Numbered from the whole stretch's first letter, positions 1-12,620 are shown. The stretch: DNA of 63,154 bases, filler included, from Octopus bimaculoides (GCF_001194135.2; 8 parts of 6 records of this genome joined end to end with filler, not necessarily neighbours in it); one strand, 5' to 3'. Program-made: numbers and translations. Notes: generated by a model not told the origin, from the letters alone.

Positions 1-435
1 ATATATCCCAAACCTGTTGGCCTATGGCCTAGCAGGTCACCTCCCTAGAAAATGGAGGAGGAAAATACAGGGGATTGTCTCCCTTCGGCTCTCAATCGCA
101 AATAACCCTGTTATCGTGTGGCTCCCTGCAAGTAAAGGACTCCCTCGACCCGTGGAATATCCTTAACTCAAGAACGGAAGTCTTTGGACCACGCTTGCAC
201 TTCAGGAAGTTCCTGCTGGCCTACTTGAACTCATACGATAACGGCCATTTACGATTGACAGCCAAAGAGAGACAATCCTCTATCGTTGACAGTAACAAAG
301 TGTTTTTCTCCTCTGTTTTCTAGACAGGCCACTTGCTAGAAAGGCCAAAAGCCAGTAGATTTGGGACCTGACGATACGCTGTAAAGCTAAGCGCGTTAGG
401 ACGTGGAACCCAGGGTAATCTCATAAAACGGCCTT
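1..435 (+). mobile_element. Probable Penelope-like terminal-repeat remnant with decayed hammerhead-like motif
   Basis: CTGACGA at 368-374 followed by GCTAAGCGCGTTAGG (386-400), two changes from GCGAAACGCGTTAGG; no coding similarity seen. Confidence 0.3.
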
Positions 436-452
436 ATCTAACTTTGTCTAAA

Positions 453-454
<2 letters not shown>

Positions 455-504
<50 letters not shown>

Positions 505-538
505 GATTTATCTGTCTGTCTGTCTGTCTATCTGTCTA
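455..538. repeat. (ATCT)n/(GTCT)n microsatellite, one example of dozens of (TA)n, (CA)n, (TACA)n, (AAT)n, (GAA)n, (ATC)n tracts across the window
   Basis: Direct reading; most N gaps are bordered by such tracts. Confidence 0.95.
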
Positions 539-1129
539 CTTTATTATTACAAAAGCTCCAAAAGCATCACATAAATATCNNNNNNNNNNNNNNNNNNNNN
601 NNNNNNNNNNNNNNNNNNNNNNNNNNNNNNNNNNNNNNNNNNNNNNNNNNNNNNNNNNNNNNNNNNNNNNNNNNNNNNNNNNNNNNNNNNNNNNNNNNNN
701 NNNNNNNNNNNNNNNNNNNNNNNNNNNNNNNNNNNNNNNNNNNNNNNNNNNNNNNNNNNNNNNNNNNNNNNNNNNNNNNNNNNNNNNNNNNNNNNNNNNN
801 NNNNNNNNNNNNNNNNNNNNNNNNNNNNNNNNNNNNNNNNNNNNNNNNNNNNNNNNNNNNNNNNNNNNNNNNNNNNNNNNNNNNNNNNNNNNNNNNNNNN
901 NNNNNNNNNNNNNNNNNNNNNNNNNNNNNNNNNNNNNNNNNNNNNNNNNNNNNNNNNNNNNNNNNNNNNNNNNNNNNNNNNNNNNNNNNNNNNNNNNNNN
1001 NNNNNNNNNNNNNNNNNNNNNNNNNNNNNNNNNNNNNNNNNNNNNNNNNNNNNNNNNNNNNNNNNNNNNNNNNNNNNNNNNNNNNNNNNNNNNNNNNNNN
1101 NNNNNNNNNATATATATATAAACAAAATT

Positions 1130-1770
1130 AAGGGATCAGCAACAGGTTGCTTCACCACATACCGAAGGTCAGAAATAGCAGCTAAAAATGTATAAGAACT
1201 TTTAAATAAGTTCCACACCGATAATGGTGCTTACATACCGAAGGGCTTGGTAAAAATTATTAATTATTAATTTATTAATAAATTGATAATCCTTTACCCT
1301 TTTAATTGTAATAATTATATATATATATATAAGTTTATCTTAACCTTTTTGATGCGACTCTACTTTATACTATTTTCTCCCCCATTCTTCTCTAATTCCC
1401 TTTTTCTCTTTTCAACAAAAATATTTTTCTCAGTGCTCACTATTTTCTAGTCGTTCTGGTCTAACGACTCTCCATACTCGATTTCGTTCGTTTCCTTGAA
1501 TGTTTCATTATATGTTTTTGTTCCCAATTTTGACCTTCCATTAATTCAAAATTTTATTATGGAGTTTATGGGAGCAACTGTCTTCGTAGACTCATATTGT
1601 CGTTGAATGCTCCAAATGAGGAGTAGATAGACAGCCGACAAATGATGAAGAGTCGTTCTTTCTGTTTCTTGTCTTGTTTTCCATTTTCTCTCTTGTTGTT
1701 TGCGTATTTAACTCATTTGTTTTCGTACTTCATGTTCTTTACACAGCTGGTGATGTCCTGTACCAATATA
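1130..1770 (+). mobile_element. Penelope-like terminal-repeat remnant, homologous to 39170-39730 (minus)
   Basis: Shared GGAGCAACTGT...GAGTAGATA.ACAG...TGATG and a shared end ..CCTGTACC.ATATA with the reverse complement of 39170-39500. Confidence 0.55.
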
Positions 1771-1813
1771 TGCACACACACACCCACACACAAACACACA
1801 CGCACACATACAT

Positions 1814-1848
<35 letters not shown>

Positions 1849-2769
1849 CATATATACATAAAACACACATACTCTCTCGCACAGTCAAACACACACACAC
1901 ACTCTCTCTCTCTCACACACACACACGCATGAACGGTCGCACTAACACACACATACATACATACATACATACATACATACATACATACATACATAATATG
2001 TACATACATATATACATACATGCATACATACATACATACATATGTGCATACATATAGAAGCACACACTTTCAGTGTATACATAGACAGTTCACCCAACAC
2101 AGCGACTTAACCACATATTTACAAAAACTCTCGTAACTAAAAATTTCTTATCGCTTTGTTAGTGACCGACTTGAACTTCCTCAAGAACTTAAATAAAACT
2201 CAAAGAAAAGTCATTTATGACTAATGAAGATCTGATAGTCTTCTCGTTATCAAATTTTGTGAGTAAGATTACTTCGACAGCGCTTATTTGAGTTAAACTA
2301 CTAGTTAAATATATTAGACATTTCTTGATTTTTGGTAAGTAAATATCTATAGAAAATTATTTTTTTTTTTATAGGACTTCAGTCAGGGGTAGATAATTCA
2401 ATAAAATTGCATTCCAAAATTATTTCCCTTGTTTGCATGCATGTTTACATATCGAATGTGTGTGAATTTATACCGACGCTTGATCGAATTCCACGCTGCA
2501 ATTGTTTATAATTCATAGATTTGAGCAAGAAATTATGCTCTCTTCATACTGGAAATATAAAGAACTTTAATACATTAAGGAAAAATATATGATGACTGAT
2601 AGAACAATCTATAGTTCATCTGGAGTTCTATCTAGTGAGACAAAACTACATATACTCTACACGAACGGTGAGAATCATTATTAACAATGAAGATGAGGAT
2701 GATGGTGGTGGTGATGATGATTAAAAATAATAGTAATAACTACAATCACAACAGCACCAACCACATCAA

Positions 2770-2990
2770 CAATAATAATAATACGTTCTACTGAAGGCTC
2801 AAGGCCTGAAATTTTAGGGAAGGGAATATTCCATTAAATCGACACCAGTGCTTAACTGTTAGCTATTTTATGGATTTTGAAAAGACGAAAGGTAAAATCG
2901 ACCATAGCGGACTTTGCACCCAGAGCATGAAGACAAACAAAATACTGTTAAGCTCTATGTCCAGCGTGTTAACGAAAATTCCAGCTCGTC
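2770..2990 (-). mobile_element. SINE-like repeat, family S3 (head GGTGAGCTGGCAGAA, (TAA)n tail)
   Basis: Aligns by eye to copies at 5.2-5.9 kb, 16.6 kb, 28.4 kb, 29.2-29.6 kb, 57.7 kb. Confidence 0.7.
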
Positions 2991-3109
2991 GGTACAGGGA
3001 CGGCCTCAGATCCGATACTAACTTTGGTTAGTTACATTATTTTATTCCCTTCATGACATTGCATGGGGGTGGGGGGCGGAGAGCAGTTAAAAATTTCTTC
3101 ACGTTGAAT

Positions 3110-3330
3110 AGCCCATTTGCTCAAAAGGTCTCTGAATAAGGATTCTTTAAGGATGTTAAACGAAACACCAATGTTTCCAGTGGTGAATTATTCAAACCCC
3201 AAAGAATTCCTCTCAACACATGGCTATCAGAGATGCATATATGGTCAACCACAAAGGGACACGCTCAAATAGTTATGGTCAAACAACAGACAGGAAAATC
3301 TGTGGTATTGAGCAGAATATTTGCTGCAGC
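3110..3330 (+). repeat. Unclassified interspersed repeat; inverted second copy at about 61850-62020
   Basis: ATTCAAACCCCAAAGAAT.CC.CTCAACACATGGCTAT...CAGAGATGCATATAT...TGTGGTATTGA.CAGAATATTT occurs at both loci. Confidence 0.7.
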
Positions 3331-3427
3331 TCATTTTTTATACCAAGACAAGACATGTACATGATAACACTTCCAATCAGTTAAGATCAGAAACCATAAG
3401 AGCCAGTACATGGTGTTGCATCGGGGC

Positions 3428-3586
3428 ATTTATTATTATTATTATTATTGCCCTTGTTCAGCTTCTAACTCTGGAGATGTACTACGGTGTCAGGTGTTTA
3501 TTACTAGTGAACTAATGTAACACCTCTTATTTTTCGAGCACTTTCCGGAGTATTCGAGCGGTTCCAAGCAGTGCTGTTTACTGAAA
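3428..3586 (-). mobile_element. 3' end of an RLE-type non-LTR retrotransposon with (TAA)n tail
   Basis: Minus frame reads TALLGTARILRKVLEK*, then a short 3' UTR and (AAT)n. Confidence 0.75.
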
Positions 3587-3769
3587 GTGCTCCACTCTTA
3601 AGTGTGAAGGTAGAACACGTACAAAAATCAGCATTGCTTGGAACTGCAAGAATTCTTCGCAGGCTTTTTGAAGTATGACTAGTAAACAAGTGTCACCTTA
3701 GTCTGCTAGCTGTGGACCGCTAACACCTTTCATCATACTCAGCAAAATAAGCTGAATTTTCATATAATG

Positions 3770-3827
<58 letters not shown>

Positions 3828-3860
3828 GGAATAATAAGGAATAATAAGGAATAATAATAA
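3587..3860 (+). mobile_element. 3' end of an RLE-type non-LTR retrotransposon with (TAA)n tail
   Basis: Plus frame reads LLSVKVEHVQKSALLGTARILRRLFEV*, then 3' UTR and (AAT)n at 3770-3860. Confidence 0.8.
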
Positions 3861-3879
3861 GGGCTAAGAAGGAATATAT

Positions 3880-4181
3880 TCACAGACACGACAGAGCTGG
3901 GACCTATATACACTGGAAGCTATGCCAACACTATGGAATAACAACAGAAAAAAGATGGTATAAACACACGCCAGAAAAGGTCACAGAAAACGAGAAAGCA
4001 ACCATACTCTGGGATATGCCAATACACACAGATAGAGAAATTAAGGCAAATAGACCANNNNNNNNNNTTTCAATACAGTAAACATAAGAGCACCACAGCA
4101 AACCACAGCACATACCCAAGGCGCACAGAGCTGCGCTCGGTAGTGAAGTGAAAGCATGTTATAAAAATAAAACTACTGAAC

Positions 4182-4210
<29 letters not shown>
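3880..4210 (+). mobile_element. RLE-type non-LTR retrotransposon 3' fragment (RHD motif region), gap inside
   Basis: HRHDRAGTYIHWKLCQHYGITTEKRWYKHTPEKVTENEKATILWDMPIHTDREIKANRP; (AAT)n tail at 4180-4210. Confidence 0.85.
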
Positions 4211-4213
<3 letters not shown>

Positions 4214-4304
4214 GAGCATTATCGCTGTGAAAACAACATCCATTCGTGAATTTATTTATTTATTTTTTTTTTTACATACATATTTTACCTGTGAATTTGT
4301 GTGT

Positions 4305-4840
4305 GTAAACTGGGATTTTTGTAGGTGTTCTACCTTCACACTTGCACTGATCTTTCTCAGCCATGTTGGTAGTTGAGCGCTGATACTTCCAAGTGCACCA
4401 TTTACTATTGGTATCACGTTTACTCTCTTCATTGACCACAACCTTCGTATTTCCCACTTCAAATCGTCATCGTTGTTTATTTTATTCTACTTCTTTCACA
4501 TTGATCATCTTATCACCGGGGCATGTTATGTCGATTATCATACACGTTCTTTCTTTTTTATTCACCATAACAATGTCCAGTTTCCGATGTCTGGTTGGGT
4601 GATCACACTGGAACATTGCATCCCACAGGATTTTGCAATTCTCATTTTCGGTGACTCCTTCTGGAGTTGAGCTGCGCATATGAGTACTTCTGTCTTTATC
4701 TTCAGGTCACTCCTCCTCATCGATAGCCACCGGTCCTCTGTATCTGTCTTGGCGTTCACATCTCTTGCAAACTGACCCAACATTTTCTTTTCTTTCCATG
4801 TCTTTTTTTTTTGTTCAATACTTGCTTAAATTTGTCTTTC
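4305..4840 (-). mobile_element. RLE-type non-LTR retrotransposon (R4/Dong/NeSL-like) endonuclease region, frameshifted
   Basis: EGVTENENCKILWD...RKLDIVMVNKKERTCMIIDITCPGD...KWEIRRLW...IPIVNGALGS...VEHLQKS. Confidence 0.85.
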
Positions 4841-4911
4841 ATTACACAATGTTCAGTTTTGATGACGCCGGCCTTCTTCGTGTGTTTCAACATTGGCTCT
4901 ACGGCATTACT

Positions 4912-4998
<87 letters not shown>

Positions 4999-5239
4999 TA
5001 CTTCTCATAACTCACGGTCTAACTTGTTCTGGTTGATTCTCTGTGTGCGAACAGTAACCTGCTGTCAGAGTTCTCAAAGGGCCTCTTCCCGCAAATTATA
5101 AGCTTTGGCACCTGAATGTTAACTTATTCTGGAAGATACTCATCTACAAAGCACCAATTTCAAAATCCTAGCTGTCCCCAATAGAGCAGTTTTGGGGTCT
5201 GCTCTACTCTCATATCAATTCCAATTTCTTCGACATATT

Positions 5240-5940
5240 TCTCGAACCTGGTCTGACAAAATGCTTAGCGGCATTTCTTCCGGGTTTACATTCTGAGTTC
5301 AAATGACTTCGAAATTAACTTTGCTTCTAACCTTTTCGGGTTTAATGAAATAAGTATCACTTGAGCAATGGGGTCAATGTAATCGACTAGACCTCTCTCC
5401 AAAACAAAATTTCAGCCCTTGTGCCTATAGCAGAATAGATTATTATTAGTAAGGTAGCTAGCTTGCAGAGTCGTTATCGCATCGGAGAAAATGATTAGTG
5501 GCATTTCTTTTGGCTCTGAGTTCAAATACTATTAAATCAATTTTGCCTTTCATACATTCATGGTTAATAATATAAAGTACTAGCCAAGCACCAGGGTCGA
5601 TGTAATCAACTTCCACTAAAATTGCTAGCCTTATGCCAAACTTTGGAACAGTTTGGCATTAGGCATTTGGAACAGTTTGGCATTGGGATTTGGAACAGTT
5701 ATTAATATTGAATTCAGCAACAAAAGTGTGGTAGTACTTTGTATATAAAGTGGTGAGCTAGCAGAATTGTAAGAACATTAGGCACTGGCGCTTTACATGC
5801 TGACTTCGAATCCCGCAGAGGTCAAATTTATCTTCCGTTCCTCCGGGATCAATAAAGTACTAGCATCGTTGGTATCAATTAACACCCTCCTCTAAAAATG
5901 ACTGGCCTTGTGCCTAAATAAGAAACTGTTATTATTCCTT
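5240..5940 (+). mobile_element. Three head-to-tail degenerate S3 SINE-like copies
   Basis: Recurring GCAGA.TCGTTA...CTGAGTTCAAAT...GCCTTTCAT...AATAAAGTAC...GGGTCGATGTAATC...GGCCTTGTGCC with ATT tails. Confidence 0.7.
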
Positions 5941-6226
5941 GAAGCAGGAGGATTCACAGGATGCGTAAAATTTCATTGAAATGAATTGTGGTATTTAGTT
6001 ACAACCTTATATTTTCAGAATTCGAATCTCTTCGAAGTCGAGTTTCCTTTCTTACTTCCAGAAGTGGAGAGTGTCAATAAAATAAACATAATTTAGTATT
6101 GTAAGTGTCTGTAGACGACACACTCGATTCCTCTAACCTTGTGTGAGGAATTATTTATTATCAGTTTTTGTGTTAGAGTAAAATATTACTTCACATTCAA
6201 AATCGTGCTGAAAGTTTTCAACATAC

Positions 6227-6717
6227 CTACGGTAGACTTGGTGGTATTTAACTCTCATAAAAGTTAATAACCACTTCTTTCGATAAGTGCCATAAACAGT
6301 TTCAATAAAAATAAAAAGTGCGTAAATTAATATTTTGAACAAGGAAAATAACTGAAAATATTCCGTTGAGGAATGAGGAATGCGGACAACAATGCGATAG
6401 TCAGCCATTTTTGGTTCATAACTCAACTAAATGCAGTGTTAAAGATTTATTAGCGATTTTAACGATTCAGACTCATATATCAGTAGCCGGCTATCTTTAA
6501 AATAAAACCAAAATGTAACAAATCATTATATTCCAGGAACAATATTTAATAATTGAACAATAATTAATAGCTGTCTTTTGCTTAATGAGATTTTGCTAAT
6601 TCAAAAATACCGGGTTTGGTATTTAACAAACAGAGCTTCAAGTCCTTGCGTTTACATATTTGTAATATTCTTCACTGATTTGCTAACTGACGTACTACTA
6701 CGTTGAACCCTTTCTCG
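6227..6717. promoter_or_regulatory. Candidate divergent promoter with two outward-facing first exons
   Basis: Minus-strand donor GTAG|GTATGT (exon end 6227) downstream of AAAAATGGCTG (ATG 6408); plus-strand donor CTCG|GTGAGT (exon end 6717); non-repeat sequence that retains CpG. Confidence 0.4.
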
Positions 6718-8144
6718 GTGAGTTATGAGGAAAAATACACTAATGACCTTCTAAAGCCGCTGTATTTCATTTATTATATCACCGATTTACAAAACATGCT
6801 TATGTTCTAATCTCGACAAAGGTGTTTGTTTTTAAATGCATCTAAAAAGAAAGTATTGCAACCGATTTGAATATTGTATTAGAAAAACCCAATCCTGTAA
6901 ACATTAAGTGGTTCCCATAGAGATTTCTTGATATTAGCCATCCCCTTGTGAGTTCACAAAATCCCAAGCGGATGTTTTGTTAAGAGGCACTGCTATAAAC
7001 AGGCTCAATTGTAGTCGAGTTGAACAACTGGAAAATCGAGCAATATGCACTAAACTGGACAAATACGATGACGTATCTTCAGGAGCTCCTTTTAATCTGG
7101 ATATGTTGGGGTGTTTGTAGCTAACCACCAGGAGAAACGATTAAATGACGGCTACACTTTGTCACCGATAGGTATATTTTCTTGAAAGCCCGAGCAAATG
7201 TAGGAAATATGTAGTTTAACTACCTTGTACCATTAGGTATCAGGCCTCTTCTTTACTTTCATGGAAATATGAGTTTTTTTTCGGTTAGAATGTTCATTTA
7301 CTGGTAGCACCACTCCTTGACCTTTTGGCCAGCCGTGACTGATGATACATAAACTTGCACTGGGGTTGTAACATATCAGTTGATTTCTGGATGATAACTG
7401 TGCCAGGTCATCGTTTTGTCCTAATTTATTACTTGAATTTCTTTACCTGAATTGTAATTAAGGGTCAACTATAAACTGAAGATGAAGGTTTGGGATAACA
7501 AAGCTGTCTAGCAGAAGGATAATGTGACCAGTAGCAAGTCTATTATGTAGAAGTTTAGTGGAATGGTAAGTGATAATGTCTGGGATAGACTGGGAGTCCA
7601 TGCAGAGGAAAATAACTTTTACGATAACATCTGCCTCAAGGTTTATGGGTATTTCCTCAAATTTGTTGACCTGCTGCACAACAGTACAACCAAATGCGAG
7701 TCAAAGAGAGGGTAATAACTACTGATTCGTGGTAACCATAGCAGAATTCAGAGTTGGAAGGCAATAGAGATGCCGTGACTGAAGATAGGGCATTGTGTCT
7801 CCAACTAAGCTCTAGTCAACTTCTTCGAGAACCACTTCAGGCGGGAGGTAAAGTTACAGAAAGGTGTTATCCTACATCTAGGGTTATAGAAAAATGGGCG
7901 AGCATAGTGAATATCGTTTGAGAAGATCAATCATTTAGTTCCTGCTGGAAGTTGGTGGTGAGAGTTGGCGTATACGTCCTGCAAGGACCATGGTTTAAGA
8001 TAGCCTGATCCCCACTAAGATGATATACTCAGCATTCGGTGTGATTATATATGAATTATTTGTAAAAAGATCAAGTTATCGTTTTACATACGCACACGCA
8101 CAAACACACTCACATACATACACACGCATATGCACTATATATAG

Positions 8145-8766
8145 AGAGGATGGTGCAAAAGTAGGTATACAGTTATGTAAAAAGAAAATACATACAATAT
8201 TAATTTTTTATCCCCAAAAAAGTTACGATAAGAGTATTTTTATAATTATAATAAATGTATTATTATGATTAATGACACGACACTAAAAATATTGAAAATG
8301 AGGCTAAGTAATTTAATGTGCTAATAATTTTAATGAATTAAATAACTACGGCACTCCATCGGTAACGACGACGAGTGTTCCAGTTGATCCGATCAACGGA
8401 ACAGCCTGCTCGTGAAATTAACGTGCAAATGGCTGAGCACACCACAGACACGTGTAACCCTAACGTATTTCTCAGGGAGATTCAACGTGACACAGAGTGT
8501 GACAAGGCTGGCCGTTTGAAATACAGGCACAACAGAAACAGGAAGAAAGAGTGAGAGAAAGTTGTGGTGAAAGAGTACGGCAGGGTTCGCCACCATCCCC
8601 TGCCGGAGTTTCGTGGAGCTTTAACTGGTTTCGCTCAATAAACACTCACAACGCCCGGTCTGGGAATCGAAACTGCGATCTTATGACCGCGAGTCCGTTT
8701 CTCTAATCACAATATTATAACATATATGTGATACTTACTGTATACCTACTTTTGCATCCGCTTTAT
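8145..8766. mobile_element. Tc1/mariner-type MITE interrupted by a SINE
   Basis: Inverted repeat TGCAAAAGTAGGTATACAGT (8154-8173) / ACTGTATACCTACTTTTGCA (8737-8756), TA-rich flanks. Confidence 0.7.
8345..8710 (-). mobile_element. tRNA-derived SINE, chimeric (head as at 27.1 kb, tail as at 47.3 kb)
   Basis: Minus head ..GGACTCGCGGTC..GTTTCGATTCC (B box); tail CACGTTAATTTCACGAGCAGGCTGTTCCGTTGATCGGATCAACTGGAAC. Confidence 0.8.
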
Positions 8767-9129
8767 ATAAACAGAAACGTATATATGCGTGTGTGTGAGT
8801 GTATCAATATCTACTCACTACTAAATAGCTACTTAAAACATTTAGCTAAAGCAAGGTACATGCTACGAATTCTTCTTCTATTGTATGCGATGGCTGTACT
8901 TTTGCATATCAAATCCGGCACCGCTTTCCAACTGCTAACTAAAAGATTTCGCCATACATGTGTAGTATTGAACAGCTTCAATGAGAGTTGCCTCTAAAGC
9001 TACCGGAGCTTATGAAGGTACACTTAGACACCGGTCATTTTTAGTATTTTTGGCTCCACTGCAGAATGCGACACATAGTATGTTGGCACTAATCCATTAA
9101 GAAGAAACCGAACAAAAATCTGAAAACGA

Positions 9130-9400
9130 TCCCTATTCACTGTGATAATGCACGACCACACATGCATCACTGTAGTCAGCAATTTGGGCTGGTCAGTAGT
9201 CCCCATCAACTATCTGGGCGGACCTGGTGTCCTTCGACTTCCAGCTGTTCAGTCCATGACAAACAGTTTTCGGAAACTAGACGAGAAGACTATCTCTATG
9301 CTACAAAAGTATTCATATTTTCAACGAGGATTCAAGAGTTGGGTTTAACGATCGCGCAATACATCGCTTGTGATGGAGACTGTGTTGAGCAAAACATTTA
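9130..9400 (+). mobile_element. mariner transposase C-terminal fragment, degenerate
   Basis: IHCDNARPH, LGWSVVP.., ..PDLVSFDFQLF, QYIACDGDCVEQ. Confidence 0.7.
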
Positions 9401-11001
9401 ATTTGAACAATCTATGTTAGTTAATGTATACAAAATTATGTCCAGATTTGGTAAACTTTTCGTTTATGTCTGTGTGAAGAATACGTATGCGTGTTTGTGT
9501 GAGCGGATGAGAATATTTGCGGGTATGTGCACATATGTGGTGGAGTGTACATGTTTATTCATAATACATATGTAGACACAAGCCTTGACTGAGAAAGGTG
9601 AGACGTTCTATATTAAAATGGTTAATTAAAGGTATATATTTACTTTTCTGTGGAAGACATGAAAAAATGAAGAAACGAAAAAAGAAACGAGTTATTTACA
9701 AAGAAAGTTTCTTTCCTTCGTATGTAACACTTGTTATTACATTATTCTGTGCTAGATTCGCTGATGCATATTCCAATATTTGAACGATACAGTAAAGAAT
9801 ATTATTAGAATATTCTCAACCACTTTGATGTATACGATCAATAATGCCCCAAAATATACATACATACGTACACACACACACACANNNNNNNNNNNNNNNN
9901 NNNNNNNNNNNNNNNNNNNNNNNNNNNNNNNNNNNNNNNNNNNNNNNNNNNNNNNNNNNNNNNNNNNNNNNNNNNNNNNNNNNNNNNNNNNNNNNNNNNN
10001 NNNNNNNNNNNNNNNNNNNNNNNNNNNNNNNNNNNNNNNNNNNNNNNNNNNNNNNNNNNNNNNNNNNNNNNNNNNNNNNNNNNNNNNNNNNNNNNNNNNN
10101 NNNNNNNNNNNNNNNNNNNNNNNNNNNNNNNNNNNNNNNNNNNNNNNNNNNNNNNNNNNNNNNNNNNNNNNNNNNNNNNNNNNNNNNNNNNNNNNNNNNN
10201 NNNNNNNNNNNNNNNNNNNNNNNNNNNNNNNNNNNNNNNNNNNNNNNNNNNNNNNNNNNNNNNNNNNNNNNNNNNNNNNNNNNNNNNNNNNNNNNNNNNN
10301 NNNNNNNNNNNNNNNNNNNNNNNNNNNNNNNNNNNNNNNNNNNNNNNNNNNNNNNNNNNNNNNNNNNNNNNNNNNNNATATAAAAGTTGGTGAGGTGGTC
10401 ATGGCAGGGAGGCTTTTGATGATATATATATGTAGAGAGAGCGTGAAAGAAGAAGAAGAAGAAGAAGAAGAAGAAGAAGAAGAAGAAGAAGAAGAAGAAG
10501 AAGAAGAAGAAGAAAAAGAAGAAGAAGAAGAAACTGTGGGACTGAATTGGGTTTTTTTTTATCAGACTCAGAAGGATGTAAATCAAAGATAGCCCTTTCG
10601 CGATTAGAACTCAAAGCACAGAGAACCACCAAAAATCCCGCAAGCTTTTTATCTATCTTTCTAAGCGTGTGTCAATATAGGCATACATACATATATCCAT
10701 ATACATACACACATAGAGACACATATACAGATACATATACAGACAGACACACATACATACATACATACATACATACATACATACATACATACGTACATAC
10801 ATACATGCATACGTGTCTTCTTGTAATGTTCCTTACCAGTGTCTCTTGTTTAAACATCATCTGCTCAAAAGACGACTGACAAATAGTCTTCTTCCCAACT
10901 GGAAAAACTGATGTAATAAATTATTACTTCGCCCAGGAAAACCTGAGTAACTGTATTTAACAAGATTTGTGTTTTACGTTATAACATGTTATATGTATAC
11001 A

Positions 11002-11037
<36 letters not shown>

Positions 11038-11082
11038 TNNNNNNNNNNNNNNNNNNNNNNNNNNNNNNNNNNNNNNNNNNNN

Positions 11083-11094
11083 TTAATTAATTAA
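11083..11094. other. Artificial six-frame stop linker TTAATTAATTAA inside a 44N+12+44N gap; also at 22479, 47210, 49829, 56186, 58196, 59627
   Basis: Identical 12-mer palindrome centred in seven exactly 100-bp gaps; TAA in all three frames on both strands. Confidence 0.95.
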
Positions 11095-11139
11095 NNNNNN
11101 NNNNNNNNNNNNNNNNNNNNNNNNNNNNNNNNNNNNNNA

Positions 11140-11311
11140 CATGTCTCATGATTAGAATTTTTTTAGGGTGTGTAAAGAGGGAAAGAACCCTCATGTGCAA
11201 TTTTGATGAAATTCGAATCATATGTATTCCAGTTCCTTACAGAAAATATAAGAGAAAAGTCTCATCCTTCAATTGCATGTAACACGGGCAACGCCGGGTA
11301 TCTCTGCTAGT
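11140..11311 (+). mobile_element. Non-autonomous Helitron 3' terminus
   Basis: Ends CACGGGCAACGCCGGGTATCTCTGCTAGT (GC-rich hairpin then CTAG|T); internal ATTTTGATGAAATT core. Confidence 0.7.
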
Positions 11312-11314
11312 AAC

Positions 11315-12463
11315 TATCAATAAATGTGATAAGATATGAAAATTATACATCATTATAAAAGCTTAAGTTTCAGACTAAATAAATGCAGATTTTACCCTCC
11401 ACAAATGAGGCAAAAGTAATACAGCTATAGCAAAAATGCATAAAATTAACCAAGTAACAGTCTAGGAAATTGTCAAGAAATTTCAAGAGACTGGTTCCAC
11501 TGCTGATCGACCTGGACGTGGCTAAAAAAGAAGTGCACAGACCCCTCAGCTTATCAAAAGTACCAGAAAAAAGATGAGGCGAAATCCTCATCATTCTGTC
11601 AGAAAACTGGCTGCCACAGCAAAAATAAGCTGAACATTGATGTATTGCGTGCTGAAGGAGGATCTCAGGACCCACCTCTACCAGCTCACACAAGTTTATA
11701 AGGCCATGAGACTGGAGAGAAGTCATCTTATACTGCATCAGATTGTTGAAAACATGTTGCCCAACCTGGTGTTCACTAATGAAAAGAAATTTGACATCGA
11801 ATATACAGTAAACCACCAGAATGGCCGACTTTGGAGTGTATCTTGCTCCGTCAAGGGTAGACTTTTAAATCGATGTCAAAATCCACAGTCAGTTATGGTT
11901 TGAGTGGCTATAACTGCCACTGGAAAGTCTCTCCTCATTTTTGTGCCCTTGTGTGTTAAAATTAACACTCAGCAATATATTAGTGACATTCTGGAAGCTG
12001 AAATGCTTCCATTGACGAATGAGCACTTTCAAGGTGTATGTTGGAGCCTCCAACAGGACTTGGCACCATCCCACAGCTCCAAACAGATATAACAATGGAT
12101 TCAGTAAAACATTCCATCATTCATAAGCAAGGACGTATGGCCCTTAAGAACCCACTGGATTTTTCTTTTTGGTTCATTTTGGAGACAAGGGTTTCAAGCA
12201 CTCCTCATACTTTGCTCGACACTCTGAAGGCAGAACTGCACCAGGAATAAGCTTCAATTCAGCAAGAACAGCTACATGCTACATATGAAGCATTCACACC
12301 TAGACTTAAGGCTGTGATTCAAAGCATAGATGGTCATATTGAATAAATGTGGAAGTGTCGTAATTTTGTTTTGAATAAATTGTGGAAGTGTCTTAATTGT
12401 GTTGCATTACAACACTCGAACCCGAAATATAAAATTGGAAAAAGTTGGTTGCCTTAATTTTGG
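11315..12463 (+). mobile_element. Tc1/mariner-superfamily transposon, probably DD37D (maT) family, disrupted
   Basis: IVKKFQETGSTADRPGRG, VFTNEKKF, SVMV*VAI..TGKS, QQDLAPSH, PLDFSFW; right TIR TTGGTTGCCTTAATTTTGG (12445-12463) complements the left TIR of the copies at 52646 and 54782. Confidence 0.85.
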
Positions 12464-12479
12464 GTCATGACAAATATAT

Positions 12480-12620
12480 GGCAGATTTCTTTCAGTTCCC
12501 ATCTACTAAATTCACTCACAAGGCTTTGGTTGGCCCAAAGCTATAGTAGAATACTCTTGTCCAAAGTACCATGCAGTGGAACTGAACTTAGGACCATGGG
12601 GTTGGCAAGCAAGTTTCTTA
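12480..12620 (-). mobile_element. S1 SINE tRNA-head fragment, CpG-decayed
   Basis: Matches TTTCAGTTTCCGTCTACCAAATCCACTCACAAGGCTTTGG...GGGACTGAACC of 28870-29035. Confidence 0.75.

Noticed and set aside
6930-7980. Coding-like stretches near the candidate promoter
   Set aside because: Every frame is interrupted by stops within about 60-70 codons; no recognisable domain
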